From Terriglobales bacterium (GTDB taxonomy: Bacteria > Acidobacteriota > Terriglobia > Terriglobales > Acidobacteriaceae): a stretch of 64,000 nt of DNA. Where the stretch lies: positions 4,958 through 68,957 of the forward strand of contig DASZHW010000156.1 of assembly GCA_035937515.1 (NCBI GenBank), given 5' to 3'. Positions 18,593 through 26,967 of the stretch are shown piece after piece (within the stretch, counting starts at the first letter, position 1; each line of letters opens with the position of its first letter). The notes beneath the pieces are model-generated. The model was not told where the DNA came from. It did no database searches and worked only from the letters and a program-made list of their open reading frames with translations. The position numbers and the translations under genes were made by a program.

Positions 18593-20572
18593 CTACTGTA
18601 ACCCCGGCGCCGCCGTCGCCAGTGGCAAACGCGCATCCGGTAGATCCAGCAGGAAATGACCTCCGCGTATGGAATCGGCATCCCCATTCGTCGCGTCCCC
18701 GTCCGCGCCGTTCCACACTGCTCCGATATCCACTTTCTGACTGCCACCGGCCATTTTGCTGGGCTGGCGGCGTTGCTTCTCCACGTATGCCTTAATCACC
18801 TGGGCGGCGGTTCGAGCCGCCAGGTATCCGTGCTCGCCTTCCTCCAACAGGGCGCACACCACGATTTCCGGATTGCGCCGGGGCTCGACTCCGGCAAACC
18901 ATCCGTTGTCCTTGAAGTTGGCCTTGCCGGCCGCGCCCAGCTTGGCTTTCAGGGTATTGCTGATGGTCTGGGCGCTGCCGGTTTTGCCGGCAAAATCAAT
19001 GCCCTGCAAGTGCGATAGGGCAGCCGTCCCGCCCGGATTCACCACCCCCGCCATGGCGTCGGTAATCGTCTCCCAATTGGCAGGATCGATCGGAATCCTT
19101 ACCTCATCCGGCACGTTCGACGCCGGCACAATGCCCGGCGGCAAATCGCGCGGATTGGTGACATGCGGCCGCACCAGCAGGCCCCCGCTGGCAATGGCGC
19201 CAATCGCCCGAGCCAACTGGATGGGCGTCGCGGCCACAGCACCCTGCCCGATGCCCACCGAAATCGTCTCTCCCGCGTACCATTTTTGCTTGAAATTGCG
19301 GATCTTCCATTCCTCCGAAGGCATGACTCCGGTGACTTCCTGGGGAAGATCAATCCCGGTTTTTTGTCCCAGGCCAAACGCCATGGCGTATTTCGCGATG
19401 CGCTCGATGCCCAGCTTCTCCGCCAGGGTGTAGAAGAAAACGTCGCAGGACTGATAAATGGCCTTACTGATGTCGGTAATGCCGTGGGTACGGTGCTCGG
19501 CCACGACCCAGCATTTGAAATATCGTCCGTAGAACGACGCGCCTCCGGTGCAATTCACCTTCATGGCCTGCGCAATGCCTTCCTGCAGACCCGCAGTGGC
19601 CATGATGATTTTGAACACCGAACCGGGAGCCAGTTGCGCCTGAATGGCCTTGTTCAACAAGGGATGATCGGCGTCGTTGACCAGCTTCATCCACTCGTCA
19701 TTGGAAATTCGCACCGCAAAATCGTTGGGATTGTAGGTAGGACGGCTCACCAAGGCCAGGATTTCGCCGGTGCGAGGGTCCATGGCCACAATGGCCCCAT
19801 TTCTCCCCTCCAGAGCCTGTTCCGCGGCAATCTGCAAATCAATATCGAGGGTCAGCTTGAGCGCTTTTCCGGGTACCGCCGGCTTCTGGTCCAACTCTCC
19901 GACTTCCTTCCCCTTGCTGTTCACCAGCACCTGGCGGGAACCATTCTTGCCCATCAGGATCGAGTTGTATTCCAGCTCCACCCCTGACTTCCCCACCACG
20001 TCGCCGGGGTTGTAAAGCTCCCATCGGGCCTGGTTCAGCATCTGCTCGCTGACCTCGCCCACGTAGCCTACGAGATGGGCCATGAAACCGTTGCGGGGAT
20101 ACAGCCGCCGGTGGGCCATGATGGTGTCCAGTTCCGGCAGTTCGTTGCGGTGCGATTCGATGAACGCCAGTTCATCCTGGGTGATGTCTTCCTTGAGATA
20201 AATCGGCTGATACTGGGCAGTGCCGGTGAACTTGCGAATCCGCTCCCGCACTTCTTTGGGATCGAGATGCAGGCCCTGCGCGATCAGGTCCGCGTCCACG
20301 GTGAGATCGCGGGTGGAGTCGCGCAGCAGCAGGGCGGTGTAGGAGGGATAGTTGTCCACGATGATCCGGCCATCGCGGTCATAAATCTTGCCGCGGGGCG
20401 CCAGAATGGGAACCTCGCGAGTCTTGTTTTTCTCCGCTAGAGCGGCGTAGAACTCGCTCTGCACCACCTGCAGCCGCCACAGTCCGTAGGCCAGCACCAA
20501 AAAAATGACGAGGATGATGTATTGCACCGCGGTGAGACGGAATCCCGATACTTTTTCGTCGCGGCCAAACAT
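18593..20572 (-). CDS. mrdA: penicillin-binding protein 2 (elongasome transpeptidase)
   Basis: PBP dimerisation and transpeptidase domains (SVFK active-site-like motif, KTGSAQ); sits between mreD and rodA. Confidence 0.92.
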   Translation of the reverse strand: MFGRDEKVSGFRLTAVQYIILVIFLVLAYGLWRLQVVQSEFYAALAEKNKTREVPILAPRGKIYDRDGRIIVDNYPSYTALLLRDSTRDLTVDADLIAQGLHLDPKEVRERIRKFTGTAQYQPIYLKEDITQDELAFIESHRNELPELDTIMAHRRLYPRNGFMAHLVGYVGEVSEQMLNQARWELYNPGDVVGKSGVELEYNSILMGKNGSRQVLVNSKGKEVGELDQKPAVPGKALKLTLDIDLQIAAEQALEGRNGAIVAMDPRTGEILALVSRPTYNPNDFAVRISNDEWMKLVNDADHPLLNKAIQAQLAPGSVFKIIMATAGLQEGIAQAMKVNCTGGASFYGRYFKCWVVAEHRTHGITDISKAIYQSCDVFFYTLAEKLGIERIAKYAMAFGLGQKTGIDLPQEVTGVMPSEEWKIRNFKQKWYAGETISVGIGQGAVAATPIQLARAIGAIASGGLLVRPHVTNPRDLPPGIVPASNVPDEVRIPIDPANWETITDAMAGVVNPGGTAALSHLQGIDFAGKTGSAQTISNTLKAKLGAAGKANFKDNGWFAGVEPRRNPEIVVCALLEEGEHGYLAARTAAQVIKAYVEKQRRQPSKMAGGSQKVDIGAVWNGADGDATNGDADSIRGGHFLLDLPDARLPLATAAPGLQ

Positions 20573-20579
20573 GGGAATA

Positions 20580-20642
20580 GTCGTCGGTCGTCAGTCGTCA
20601 GCTGCTCGTCGTTGGTCGTTGGCCTTTGGTCGTTGGCCAATC
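20580..20642. repeat. heptamer tandem array, 9 units in exact register (GTCGTCG GTCGTCA GTCGTCA GCTGCTC GTCGTTG GTCGTTG GCCTTTG GTCGTTG GCCAATC)
   Basis: Read directly. It begins 7 nt from the mrdA start codon. 20608-20636 is the reverse complement of 20744-20772 at 26/29 positions. Confidence 0.9.
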
Positions 20643-20743
20643 ACGTTACTTTTTATTGTAGACCGGAGGGGAACGGCTTTTGTTGTCATCAACGGTGACG
20701 GAGGGACATCACCGGTTGGATGGATGAGCAGCTGTCGGATTTT

Positions 20744-20772
20744 CCAACGACCAATGACCGACGACCAACGAC
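20744..20772. repeat. inverted partner heptamer array (CCAACGA CCAATGA CCGACGA CCAACGA C)
   Basis: Read directly; ends 5 nt from the mreD stop codon. Confidence 0.9.
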
Positions 20773-20777
20773 GCTGG

Positions 20778-21296
20778 TCACGCTCTCTGCTTGAACCTAT
20801 CCAGCAGGGTAAACAGGATGGCGGCCGTAACTGCGTTCAGCAAGGCGGCTCCCACCTCATGGCTCCAACTCCATTCCACCGCCAGTTTCACCAGCCCGCG
20901 GGCCACGGTGAAGTACACCACCTCGTGGACGGCGAAGAAAAACAGGGTGACCAGGAAGCGGGCGCCGACATTCTCGATGTCCAGCTTCGCGCCCAGAGAA
21001 GACGCCCCAAAACCCACCACCGTCTTGGCAATTCCATAAATCCCGATGGGCTGATGGGTAAGGGAATCCTGCAGCAGGCCGATCAGCGATCCCGTGAGCA
21101 GTCCGGCTACGGGGCTTCTGCGGGCCACGGCGAAGAAAATCACCACCAGCAGTGGCAAGTCAAACAGCGAGAAGAAGTGGAACCGCAACGGCAGAAAGGC
21201 CTGCAGAAAGAGGGCGATGAGCGGAACCGCAATCGACACTGGAAGACTGAACCGGTAAACCTCCACTTGCTCCTGAGATGTGTAGGTGATGGGCAC
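20778..21296 (-). CDS. mreD: rod shape-determining protein MreD
   Basis: 172-aa polytopic membrane protein immediately after mreC; position and size are typical of MreD. Confidence 0.8.
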   Translation of the reverse strand: MPITYTSQEQVEVYRFSLPVSIAVPLIALFLQAFLPLRFHFFSLFDLPLLVVIFFAVARRSPVAGLLTGSLIGLLQDSLTHQPIGIYGIAKTVVGFGASSLGAKLDIENVGARFLVTLFFFAVHEVVYFTVARGLVKLAVEWSWSHEVGAALLNAVTAAILFTLLDRFKQRA

Positions 21297-21297
21297 G

Positions 21298-22434
21298 CTA
21301 TTGTGGTCTCTCCACTCCGGTCGCAGGTTGGCCGGCGGCGGGCGCGGGTTTTTGTGCCGTTTCCGGTTTCACCCGGGCTTGCACACCAGGATTGGCCGAA
21401 TGCGCGGATCCCGCGTCGCTGTTGGCCGCGCTCTTCGCTGTGGCTGCGGCTATGCCTGCGGACGCGGGTGAGGATGGACTGGCCACGGACGACGCGGCCG
21501 CCGGGTTCTTGCTGGCATCGCTTGCCGGCTTGTCCGGAACCGAGGGCAGCCGCTGGGTCAGAATGTCCACCGCCCGCACCCTGCCACTGTCCGACATCAC
21601 CGGAGCGCGGTCCTCTTTCTTGGTGATGACCAGAACCTCTTCCAACTTGCTCAAGTTGGCGCTGGGCCGGATGCGGATATTCATGAACAGGTCCGCGCCC
21701 GGAGAAACCTTGGTGATGGAGCCCACAGTGAGGCCCTTGGGAAAGATCTGATCGCCGCCGCTGGTCACGACCCGCTCTCCCGGCGCCACCTGCTCATCGG
21801 TCATCACTTTTTCCAGGGCCAACTCTCCCGCCGCCGTGCCCCGGACCACGCCTTGCAGGCGCGATCGGTCCAGGATGACGCCCATCCCGCTGGTCTGGTC
21901 GTTAATCAGAAGGACCTGGGAGGTGGAACCATACGCCCGTAACACCTTGCCCACAACTCCGTCGGCGGTGATCACCGCCATGTCCTTTTCAACCCCGTCT
22001 CCCGTGCCCTTGTCGATGTAGATGGACCGGGACTGTTCACTGCCGCTGGAGCCGATCACCTGTGCGGCCACGGTCTTGGCGATGTACTGCTCTTTGAACC
22101 CGAGCAACGCCTGCAAACGGCGGGCCTGCTCAGCATCGTCGCTCAGACGGACCTGCTCCAGCCGCAGGCGCTCGATCTCGAACTTGAGGTCGCGATTCTC
22201 CTGGCGCACGCCGCGCAGGTAAACATAGTCGTGCCAGAGATTGCCCAGACCGCTTTCGCACCAGACAATGGCTTTTTCGAGAGGACTGACTGCGCCCACC
22301 GTCCACAACCGGATCAGGCGGGTCGACTCGTCGTCGCTGCTGCGCTTGACCTGTACCGCCAGCCCCAGCACCTGTACAAACAGGATCGCCGCCAGGATGG
22401 TTACATTGCGATAGCGGCTGATCAGAGTTTCCAT
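21298..22434 (-). CDS. mreC: rod shape-determining protein MreC (with about 100-aa Ala/Ser/Pro-rich C-terminal tail)
   Basis: N-terminal TM, coiled coil (ENRDLKFEIERLRLEQ) and MreC beta-barrel region (GVVGKV, VVTSGGDQIFPKGLTVG). Confidence 0.88.
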   Translation of the reverse strand: METLISRYRNVTILAAILFVQVLGLAVQVKRSSDDESTRLIRLWTVGAVSPLEKAIVWCESGLGNLWHDYVYLRGVRQENRDLKFEIERLRLEQVRLSDDAEQARRLQALLGFKEQYIAKTVAAQVIGSSGSEQSRSIYIDKGTGDGVEKDMAVITADGVVGKVLRAYGSTSQVLLINDQTSGMGVILDRSRLQGVVRGTAAGELALEKVMTDEQVAPGERVVTSGGDQIFPKGLTVGSITKVSPGADLFMNIRIRPSANLSKLEEVLVITKKEDRAPVMSDSGRVRAVDILTQRLPSVPDKPASDASKNPAAASSVASPSSPASAGIAAATAKSAANSDAGSAHSANPGVQARVKPETAQKPAPAAGQPATGVERPQ

Positions 22435-22443
22435 TGAAAAACA

Positions 22444-22479
22444 GTTTCGGGTTTCTGGTTTCTGGTTTCTGGTTTCTAG
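22444..22479. repeat. heptamer tandem array GTTTCGG GTTTCTG x3 GTTTCTA
   Basis: Read directly; ends 9 nt from the mreC start codon. Confidence 0.9.
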
Positions 22480-22547
22480 ACGCCGGCAGTTCCATGGATT
22501 GTTCGGGCACGGGACGGGCTAGGATGCCCGCCCTCCACTAACCCACT

Positions 22548-22575
22548 GGAAACTAGAAACCGGAAACCAGAAACT
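22548..22575. repeat. inverted partner array GGAAACT AGAAACC GGAAACC AGAAACT
   Basis: Read directly; overlaps the mreB stop codon (TAG on minus = cta 22574-22576). Confidence 0.9.
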
Positions 22576-23635
22576 ATTCTATTGAGATCTTGCGCAGCAA
22601 CTTGAAATCGCTCAGCATCTTGCCCGTGCCCAGCACCACACTGCACAGCGGGTCGTCGGCGATCGAGACCGGCAATCCGGTTTCCTCGCGGATGCGCTTG
22701 TCCAGGTTCTTCAACAACGCCCCACCGCCGGTGAGCACGATGCCGCGGTCGCTGATATCGGCGGAAAGCTCGGGAGGGGTGCGCTCCAGAGCCACGCGAA
22801 TGGCATTCATGATGGTCGAAACGCACTCGCTCAGAGCTTCGCGGATTTCGCTGTCGTCGACGGTGATGGTCTTGGGCACGCCTTCGATCAGGTTGCGGCC
22901 CTTGATTTCCATGGTCAGAGGCTTTTCCAGCGGATACGCCGAGCCAATTTCCATCTTGATCTGCTCCGCGGTGCGCTCGCCCACCAGCAGATTGTATTTC
23001 CGCTTCAGGTAGTTCATCACCGCTTCGTCCATCTGGTTGCCGGCCATGCGCACGGAACGGGAATACACGATGCCGCTCAGCGAGATGACCGCGATATCGG
23101 TGGTGCCTCCGCCGATATCCACCACCATATTGCCGCTGGGTTCGGTGATGGGAAGTCCCGCGCCGATGGCGGCCACCATGGCCTGCTCCACCAGGTACAC
23201 CTCGCTGGCTTTGGCGCGATAGGCCGAGTCCATGACCGCCCGCTTTTCTACCTGGGTAATTTCCGAAGGCACGCCGATGACGATCCGCGGATGCACCAGC
23301 ATCTTGCGATTGTGCGCCTTCTGGATGAAGTAATTCAGCATCTTCTCGGTGACTTTGAAATCGGCAATCACGCCATCTTTCATGGGCTTGATGGCCACGA
23401 TATTGCCCGGGGTCCGGCCCAGCATCTCTTTGGCCTCTTTGCCCACGGCTTCGACTTCACCGGTGTTCTTGTTGATGGCCACGATGGAGGGCTCGTTCAC
23501 CACAATGCCCTTGCCCCGCGCGTACACCAGCGTGTTGGCGGTTCCCAGGTCAATGGCAAGATCGCTGGAAAAAATGCTGAACAGCGATCTCAGGTTGTGC
23601 AGGCGCGTCGAAGAATGGAATCCGTTAGATGACAT
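22574..23635 (-). CDS. mreB: rod shape-determining actin homolog MreB
   Basis: DLGTANTLVY, VVDIGGGTTD and IVLTGGGALL motifs; full length. Confidence 0.95.
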   Translation of the reverse strand: MSSNGFHSSTRLHNLRSLFSIFSSDLAIDLGTANTLVYARGKGIVVNEPSIVAINKNTGEVEAVGKEAKEMLGRTPGNIVAIKPMKDGVIADFKVTEKMLNYFIQKAHNRKMLVHPRIVIGVPSEITQVEKRAVMDSAYRAKASEVYLVEQAMVAAIGAGLPITEPSGNMVVDIGGGTTDIAVISLSGIVYSRSVRMAGNQMDEAVMNYLKRKYNLLVGERTAEQIKMEIGSAYPLEKPLTMEIKGRNLIEGVPKTITVDDSEIREALSECVSTIMNAIRVALERTPPELSADISDRGIVLTGGGALLKNLDKRIREETGLPVSIADDPLCSVVLGTGKMLSDFKLLRKISIE

Positions 23636-23796
23636 ACGCGATTTAGCTCTCTCGAACCGCTGTCATTGCCGGGCGTGCCCGGTTGCTTCCGTGCGGGTGG
23701 GGAACCGTGCCCTTAATTCTATGGGATAAACCCCGCTTCGCCCTCAAACCAAAGTTCCAGCACCTCGGGTGTTCCCGCCCAAGGCCAGGCGTTACC

Positions 23797-25092
23797 CTAC
23801 TGGATCACGATCTTTTTCTGTAACGTGTTGACCCCGCCCTTGGCATTCTGAGCCGTAATGGTGATCACACTCTCCCCCGGCGGCAGTGGAGGCATGAAAT
23901 AGTGAAAACTGCCATCGACACCGACTACCGGCACTTCCCGGCCGTTGACCATCACCCGCGCCCCCGCCTCGGTCTTTCCGGTCAACTCGATCACGCGGCC
24001 ATGCTGCATGAATGGATCCAGTTCCAGGTTGATGGCAGCGGTTTCCTTGCCCTTGGGAATGATGGTGAAGCGGTTCTTCTGGCTCTCCACCGACTCCTTC
24101 TCATTGGCGTCGTAGGACTGCACTACCCAGTAATACGCTCCTTCGCTCAATCCTGAAACAATTACGTCCGCGGTGTTGACCTTGCGATCCACAACCGTGG
24201 AAGAAAAGTAGGGGTTGTGCGAAATCCGCAGCCGATATCCCACCGCGTTGGCCATCGCCGTCCAGGAGAACTCCACCGGCTTGGGAGTGCCCGAAGTGAA
24301 CACCGGCATCATGTTGGCCGGCGAAATCGGTGTGGGCGGCCCGATCTCCTTCAACTTGGCCATGCGCGGCGATTGCGATTGGAAAGCCACCTTCTCCCAG
24401 TCCGCCAGGTGCACGACCTCGCCGTTCCGTGAAATCTCGCTCGACCCTTTCTTAACCAGAATCTCGTGCTGATCGGCTTTGGGATCGTTGTGCACCATGG
24501 CCGCGCTATCCGGTGCCAGGGAGGCGGTGGCCCCAGCCACGATCACTTGCGATTTCGATCCCTGGACATAGGTAGCGGTCGATAGATCCACGGTGCCCGT
24601 ACTGACGGCTACGGCTACATTGGTCTGCTGCTGGTCGTTGGCCGAATTCTCCTCAATCACGATCAGCGAATCCTGCTTCACCGTGTAGTTGGTCCCGTCA
24701 TTAAAGACGATCTTGGCCATGCCTTCCGAGCCGGTCTGAACCACGTCGCCTTTTTCCAGGGGCACGTTGTAATCAGCCGTCACCCAACTGTTGCTGCTCG
24801 CTTTCTTGACCCGCACCGTCCCATCCAGGGCGGTGATATGGGCCTGTTGTGAGTTGGTCGTGCCGGTCTTGGTGGTTCCCCCCGCCCCGGCAATGATCTC
24901 CAGCAACCGGCCCCCCAGGCTGCTGACCGATTTGACCCCCTTCTGGGTGAACTGGGGAAAGGCGAAATTCATCCCCACGCAAAACAGAATCAAGGCGAAC
25001 AATATGGCCAGGGCCACACTGCGATAGGTGACCGTCTTCCACGCAACATGGATTCCTGGTTTGCTACTCGAAGACACAAAGGCCCCGGACAC
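23797..25092 (-). CDS. FecR-domain membrane-anchored protein with C-terminal Ig/Fn3-like domains
   Basis: TM helix; FecR-like segment (GTVRVKKASSNSW...GDVVQTGSEGMAKIVFNDGT); beta-rich C-terminus. GTG start, uncertain. Confidence 0.6.
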   Translation of the reverse strand: MSGAFVSSSSKPGIHVAWKTVTYRSVALAILFALILFCVGMNFAFPQFTQKGVKSVSSLGGRLLEIIAGAGGTTKTGTTNSQQAHITALDGTVRVKKASSNSWVTADYNVPLEKGDVVQTGSEGMAKIVFNDGTNYTVKQDSLIVIEENSANDQQQTNVAVAVSTGTVDLSTATYVQGSKSQVIVAGATASLAPDSAAMVHNDPKADQHEILVKKGSSEISRNGEVVHLADWEKVAFQSQSPRMAKLKEIGPPTPISPANMMPVFTSGTPKPVEFSWTAMANAVGYRLRISHNPYFSSTVVDRKVNTADVIVSGLSEGAYYWVVQSYDANEKESVESQKNRFTIIPKGKETAAINLELDPFMQHGRVIELTGKTEAGARVMVNGREVPVVGVDGSFHYFMPPLPPGESVITITAQNAKGGVNTLQKKIVIQ

Positions 25093-25289
25093 CAGTCAAA
25101 CCCCAAAGAATATGGGATAAACGGAAGCGTAGCACAAGCATAACTCCCAGGGCAGGGGTGATTACCTTGGGTCGCACTCCCGGCGGCCATGTCCCGTGGT
25201 GCGCCGCGCGGCCCGCGCTTGCCGCACCCTCAGCCCCACCTGTAGCATAGGGGTTCACGGCTTTTCTTCCTTCCACCCAGGAGGCACTT

Positions 25290-26828
25290 ATGGCAACCGA
25301 CACTCTGCCCAGCCCAGCCATGCTCGGCAACAGCACTAACACCAAGGTTTATAAGAACTTCATCGACGGCGAGTGGGTTGAATCCTCGACCGGACAGACG
25401 TTCGAAAATCGCAATCCCGCCGACACCCGCGACGTAGTCGGGATCTTCCAGAAATCCGCCAAAGCCGACGTTGACGCCGCCGTCGAGGCCGCCCGCCAGG
25501 CCTTCGCCAAATGGCGCCTGGTGCCGGCTCCGCGACGCGCTGAAATCGTCTATCGCGCCGCCGAAATGCTGTTCGAGCGCAAGGAGGAGTGCGCCCGCGA
25601 CATGACCCGCGAAATGGGCAAGATTCTCAAGGAAACCCGAGGCGACACTCAGGAAGCCATCGACACCGCCTATTACATGGCCGGTGAAGGCCGCCGCATG
25701 TTCGGCCCTACCACGCCTTCGGAACTGCCCAATAAGTTCGCCATGGCGGTGCGGACTCCCATCGGCGTCTGCGGCATGATCACTCCGTGGAATTTCCCCA
25801 TGGCGATTCCGTCCTGGAAGATTCTTCCCGCCATCGTGTGCGGCAATACCTGCGTGATCAAGCCCGCCCAGGACACTCCGCTTTCCACCTTCAACCTGGT
25901 GCGTACCCTGGCCGATGCCGGCGTGCCCAAGGGCGTGATCAACATCGTGACCGGATTCGGTTCCCAGGTAGGCGGTCCGCTGATGGAGCATCCCGAAGTC
26001 CGCGCCATCTCGCTGACCGGCTCTACCGAGGTCGGACGCATCGTGGGCACGACCGCAGCCAAGAGTTTCAAACACTGTTCGCTCGAGCTGGGCGGTAAGA
26101 ATCCCATGATTGTGCTCGACGACGCCAACCTGGATCTGGCCATCGAAGGCGGCCTGTGGGGCGGCTTCGGCACCACCGGCCAGCGCTGCACCGCCACCAG
26201 CCGCATCATCGTGCAGAAGGGCGTCTATGTCGAGTTCGTGGAGCGCTATGTAGATCGCGCCCGGCGGCTCCGGGTGGGCAACGGCATCGATGAAAACACC
26301 GAGATGGGCCCGGCCATCAACGAAAGCCAGCTCAAGACCGACCTCAGCTATGTTGAAATCGGACGGGCCGAGGGCGCCAAACTGAAATGCGGCGGCAACC
26401 GGCTGGATCAGGGCGAATATCAGCATGGCTACTTTATGGAGCCCACCGTGTTCGCCGATGTTGATCCCAAAATGCGCATCGCCCAGGAAGAAATTTTCGG
26501 CCCCGTGGTTTCCATCATCCCTTGCGAAGATCTGGAAGACGCCATTGCCATCGCCAACGGCATCGAGTACGGACTGTCCTCGGCGCTTTATACGCGGGAT
26601 GTCAACAAGGCTTTCGTGGCCATGCGCGACCTGCATGCCGGAATTACCTACATCAATGCGCCGACGATTGGCGCAGAAGTCCATCTCCCCTTCGGCGGGG
26701 TGAAGGCCACGGGTAACGGACACCGGGAAGGCGGCATCGGCGCGATCGATTTCTATACGGAATGGAAGTCGGTGTACGTCGATTACTCGGACACGCTGCA
26801 GAAGGCGCAGATCGATCGGGGAGAGTAG
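25290..26828 (+). CDS. NAD(P)-dependent aldehyde dehydrogenase
   Basis: ALDH family motifs ([15 protein letters not shown], catalytic GQRCTA, EEIFGPV); GGAGG SD. Confidence 0.9.
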   Translation: MATDTLPSPAMLGNSTNTKVYKNFIDGEWVESSTGQTFENRNPADTRDVVGIFQKSAKADVDAAVEAARQAFAKWRLVPAPRRAEIVYRAAEMLFERKEECARDMTREMGKILKETRGDTQEAIDTAYYMAGEGRRMFGPTTPSELPNKFAMAVRTPIGVCGMITPWNFPMAIPSWKILPAIVCGNTCVIKPAQDTPLSTFNLVRTLADAGVPKGVINIVTGFGSQVGGPLMEHPEVRAISLTGSTEVGRIVGTTAAKSFKHCSLELGGKNPMIVLDDANLDLAIEGGLWGGFGTTGQRCTATSRIIVQKGVYVEFVERYVDRARRLRVGNGIDENTEMGPAINESQLKTDLSYVEIGRAEGAKLKCGGNRLDQGEYQHGYFMEPTVFADVDPKMRIAQEEIFGPVVSIIPCEDLEDAIAIANGIEYGLSSALYTRDVNKAFVAMRDLHAGITYINAPTIGAEVHLPFGGVKATGNGHREGGIGAIDFYTEWKSVYVDYSDTLQKAQIDRGE

Positions 26829-26834
26829 CTGAGC

Positions 26835-26869
26835 GTTCGCCTTTGGCCGTTGGCCTTTGGTCGTTGGCC
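26835..26869. repeat. heptamer tandem array GTTCGCC TTTGGCC GTTGGCC TTTGGTC GTTGGCC
   Basis: Read directly; starts 6 nt after the ALDH stop codon. Confidence 0.85.
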
Positions 26870-26896
26870 GCGCAAAGTGCCGAATCCAATCAGGCT

Positions 26897-26950
26897 CTTC
26901 TTTGCGTCCTTTGCGGTAGTTCTCTGCGATCTTTGCGATTAAAAGGTCTT
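26897..26950. repeat. CTTTGCG-type short-period repeat block (CTTCTTTGCGTCCTTTGCGGTAGTTCTCTGCGATCTTTGCGATTAAAAGG)
   Basis: Collinear similarity to the left arm of the 61104-61203 hairpin. An upstream GCGCAAAG (26870-26877) can pair with CTTTGCGt. Confidence 0.7.
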
Positions 26951-26967
26951 GCTTCAGGCGGAACCTC

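Noticed and set aside
20437-20640. 67-aa ORF (MANDQRPTTNDEQLTTDDRR…) and similar short ORFs reading through heptamer arrays (48903..49133, 26653..26889)
   Set aside because: These are translations of the repeat arrays themselves, out of frame with the adjacent real genes. A period of 7 is incompatible with a conserved reading frame.
18380-22575. Could the short-period arrays be a CRISPR array?
   Set aside because: The units are 7 nt (or 13 nt at 34464-34515) and directly tandem, with no unique spacers. No cas genes are in the window.
23720-25122. Exact 12-mer TATGGGATAAAC shared by the upstream regions of mreB (23720-23731) and the FecR-domain gene (25111-25122)
   Set aside because: My back-of-envelope estimate gives a few exact 12-mer coincidences by chance even within the roughly 8 kb of intergenic DNA. 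The distances to the two start codons also differ (about 85 nt versus about 19 nt). This is not enough to call a regulatory motif.
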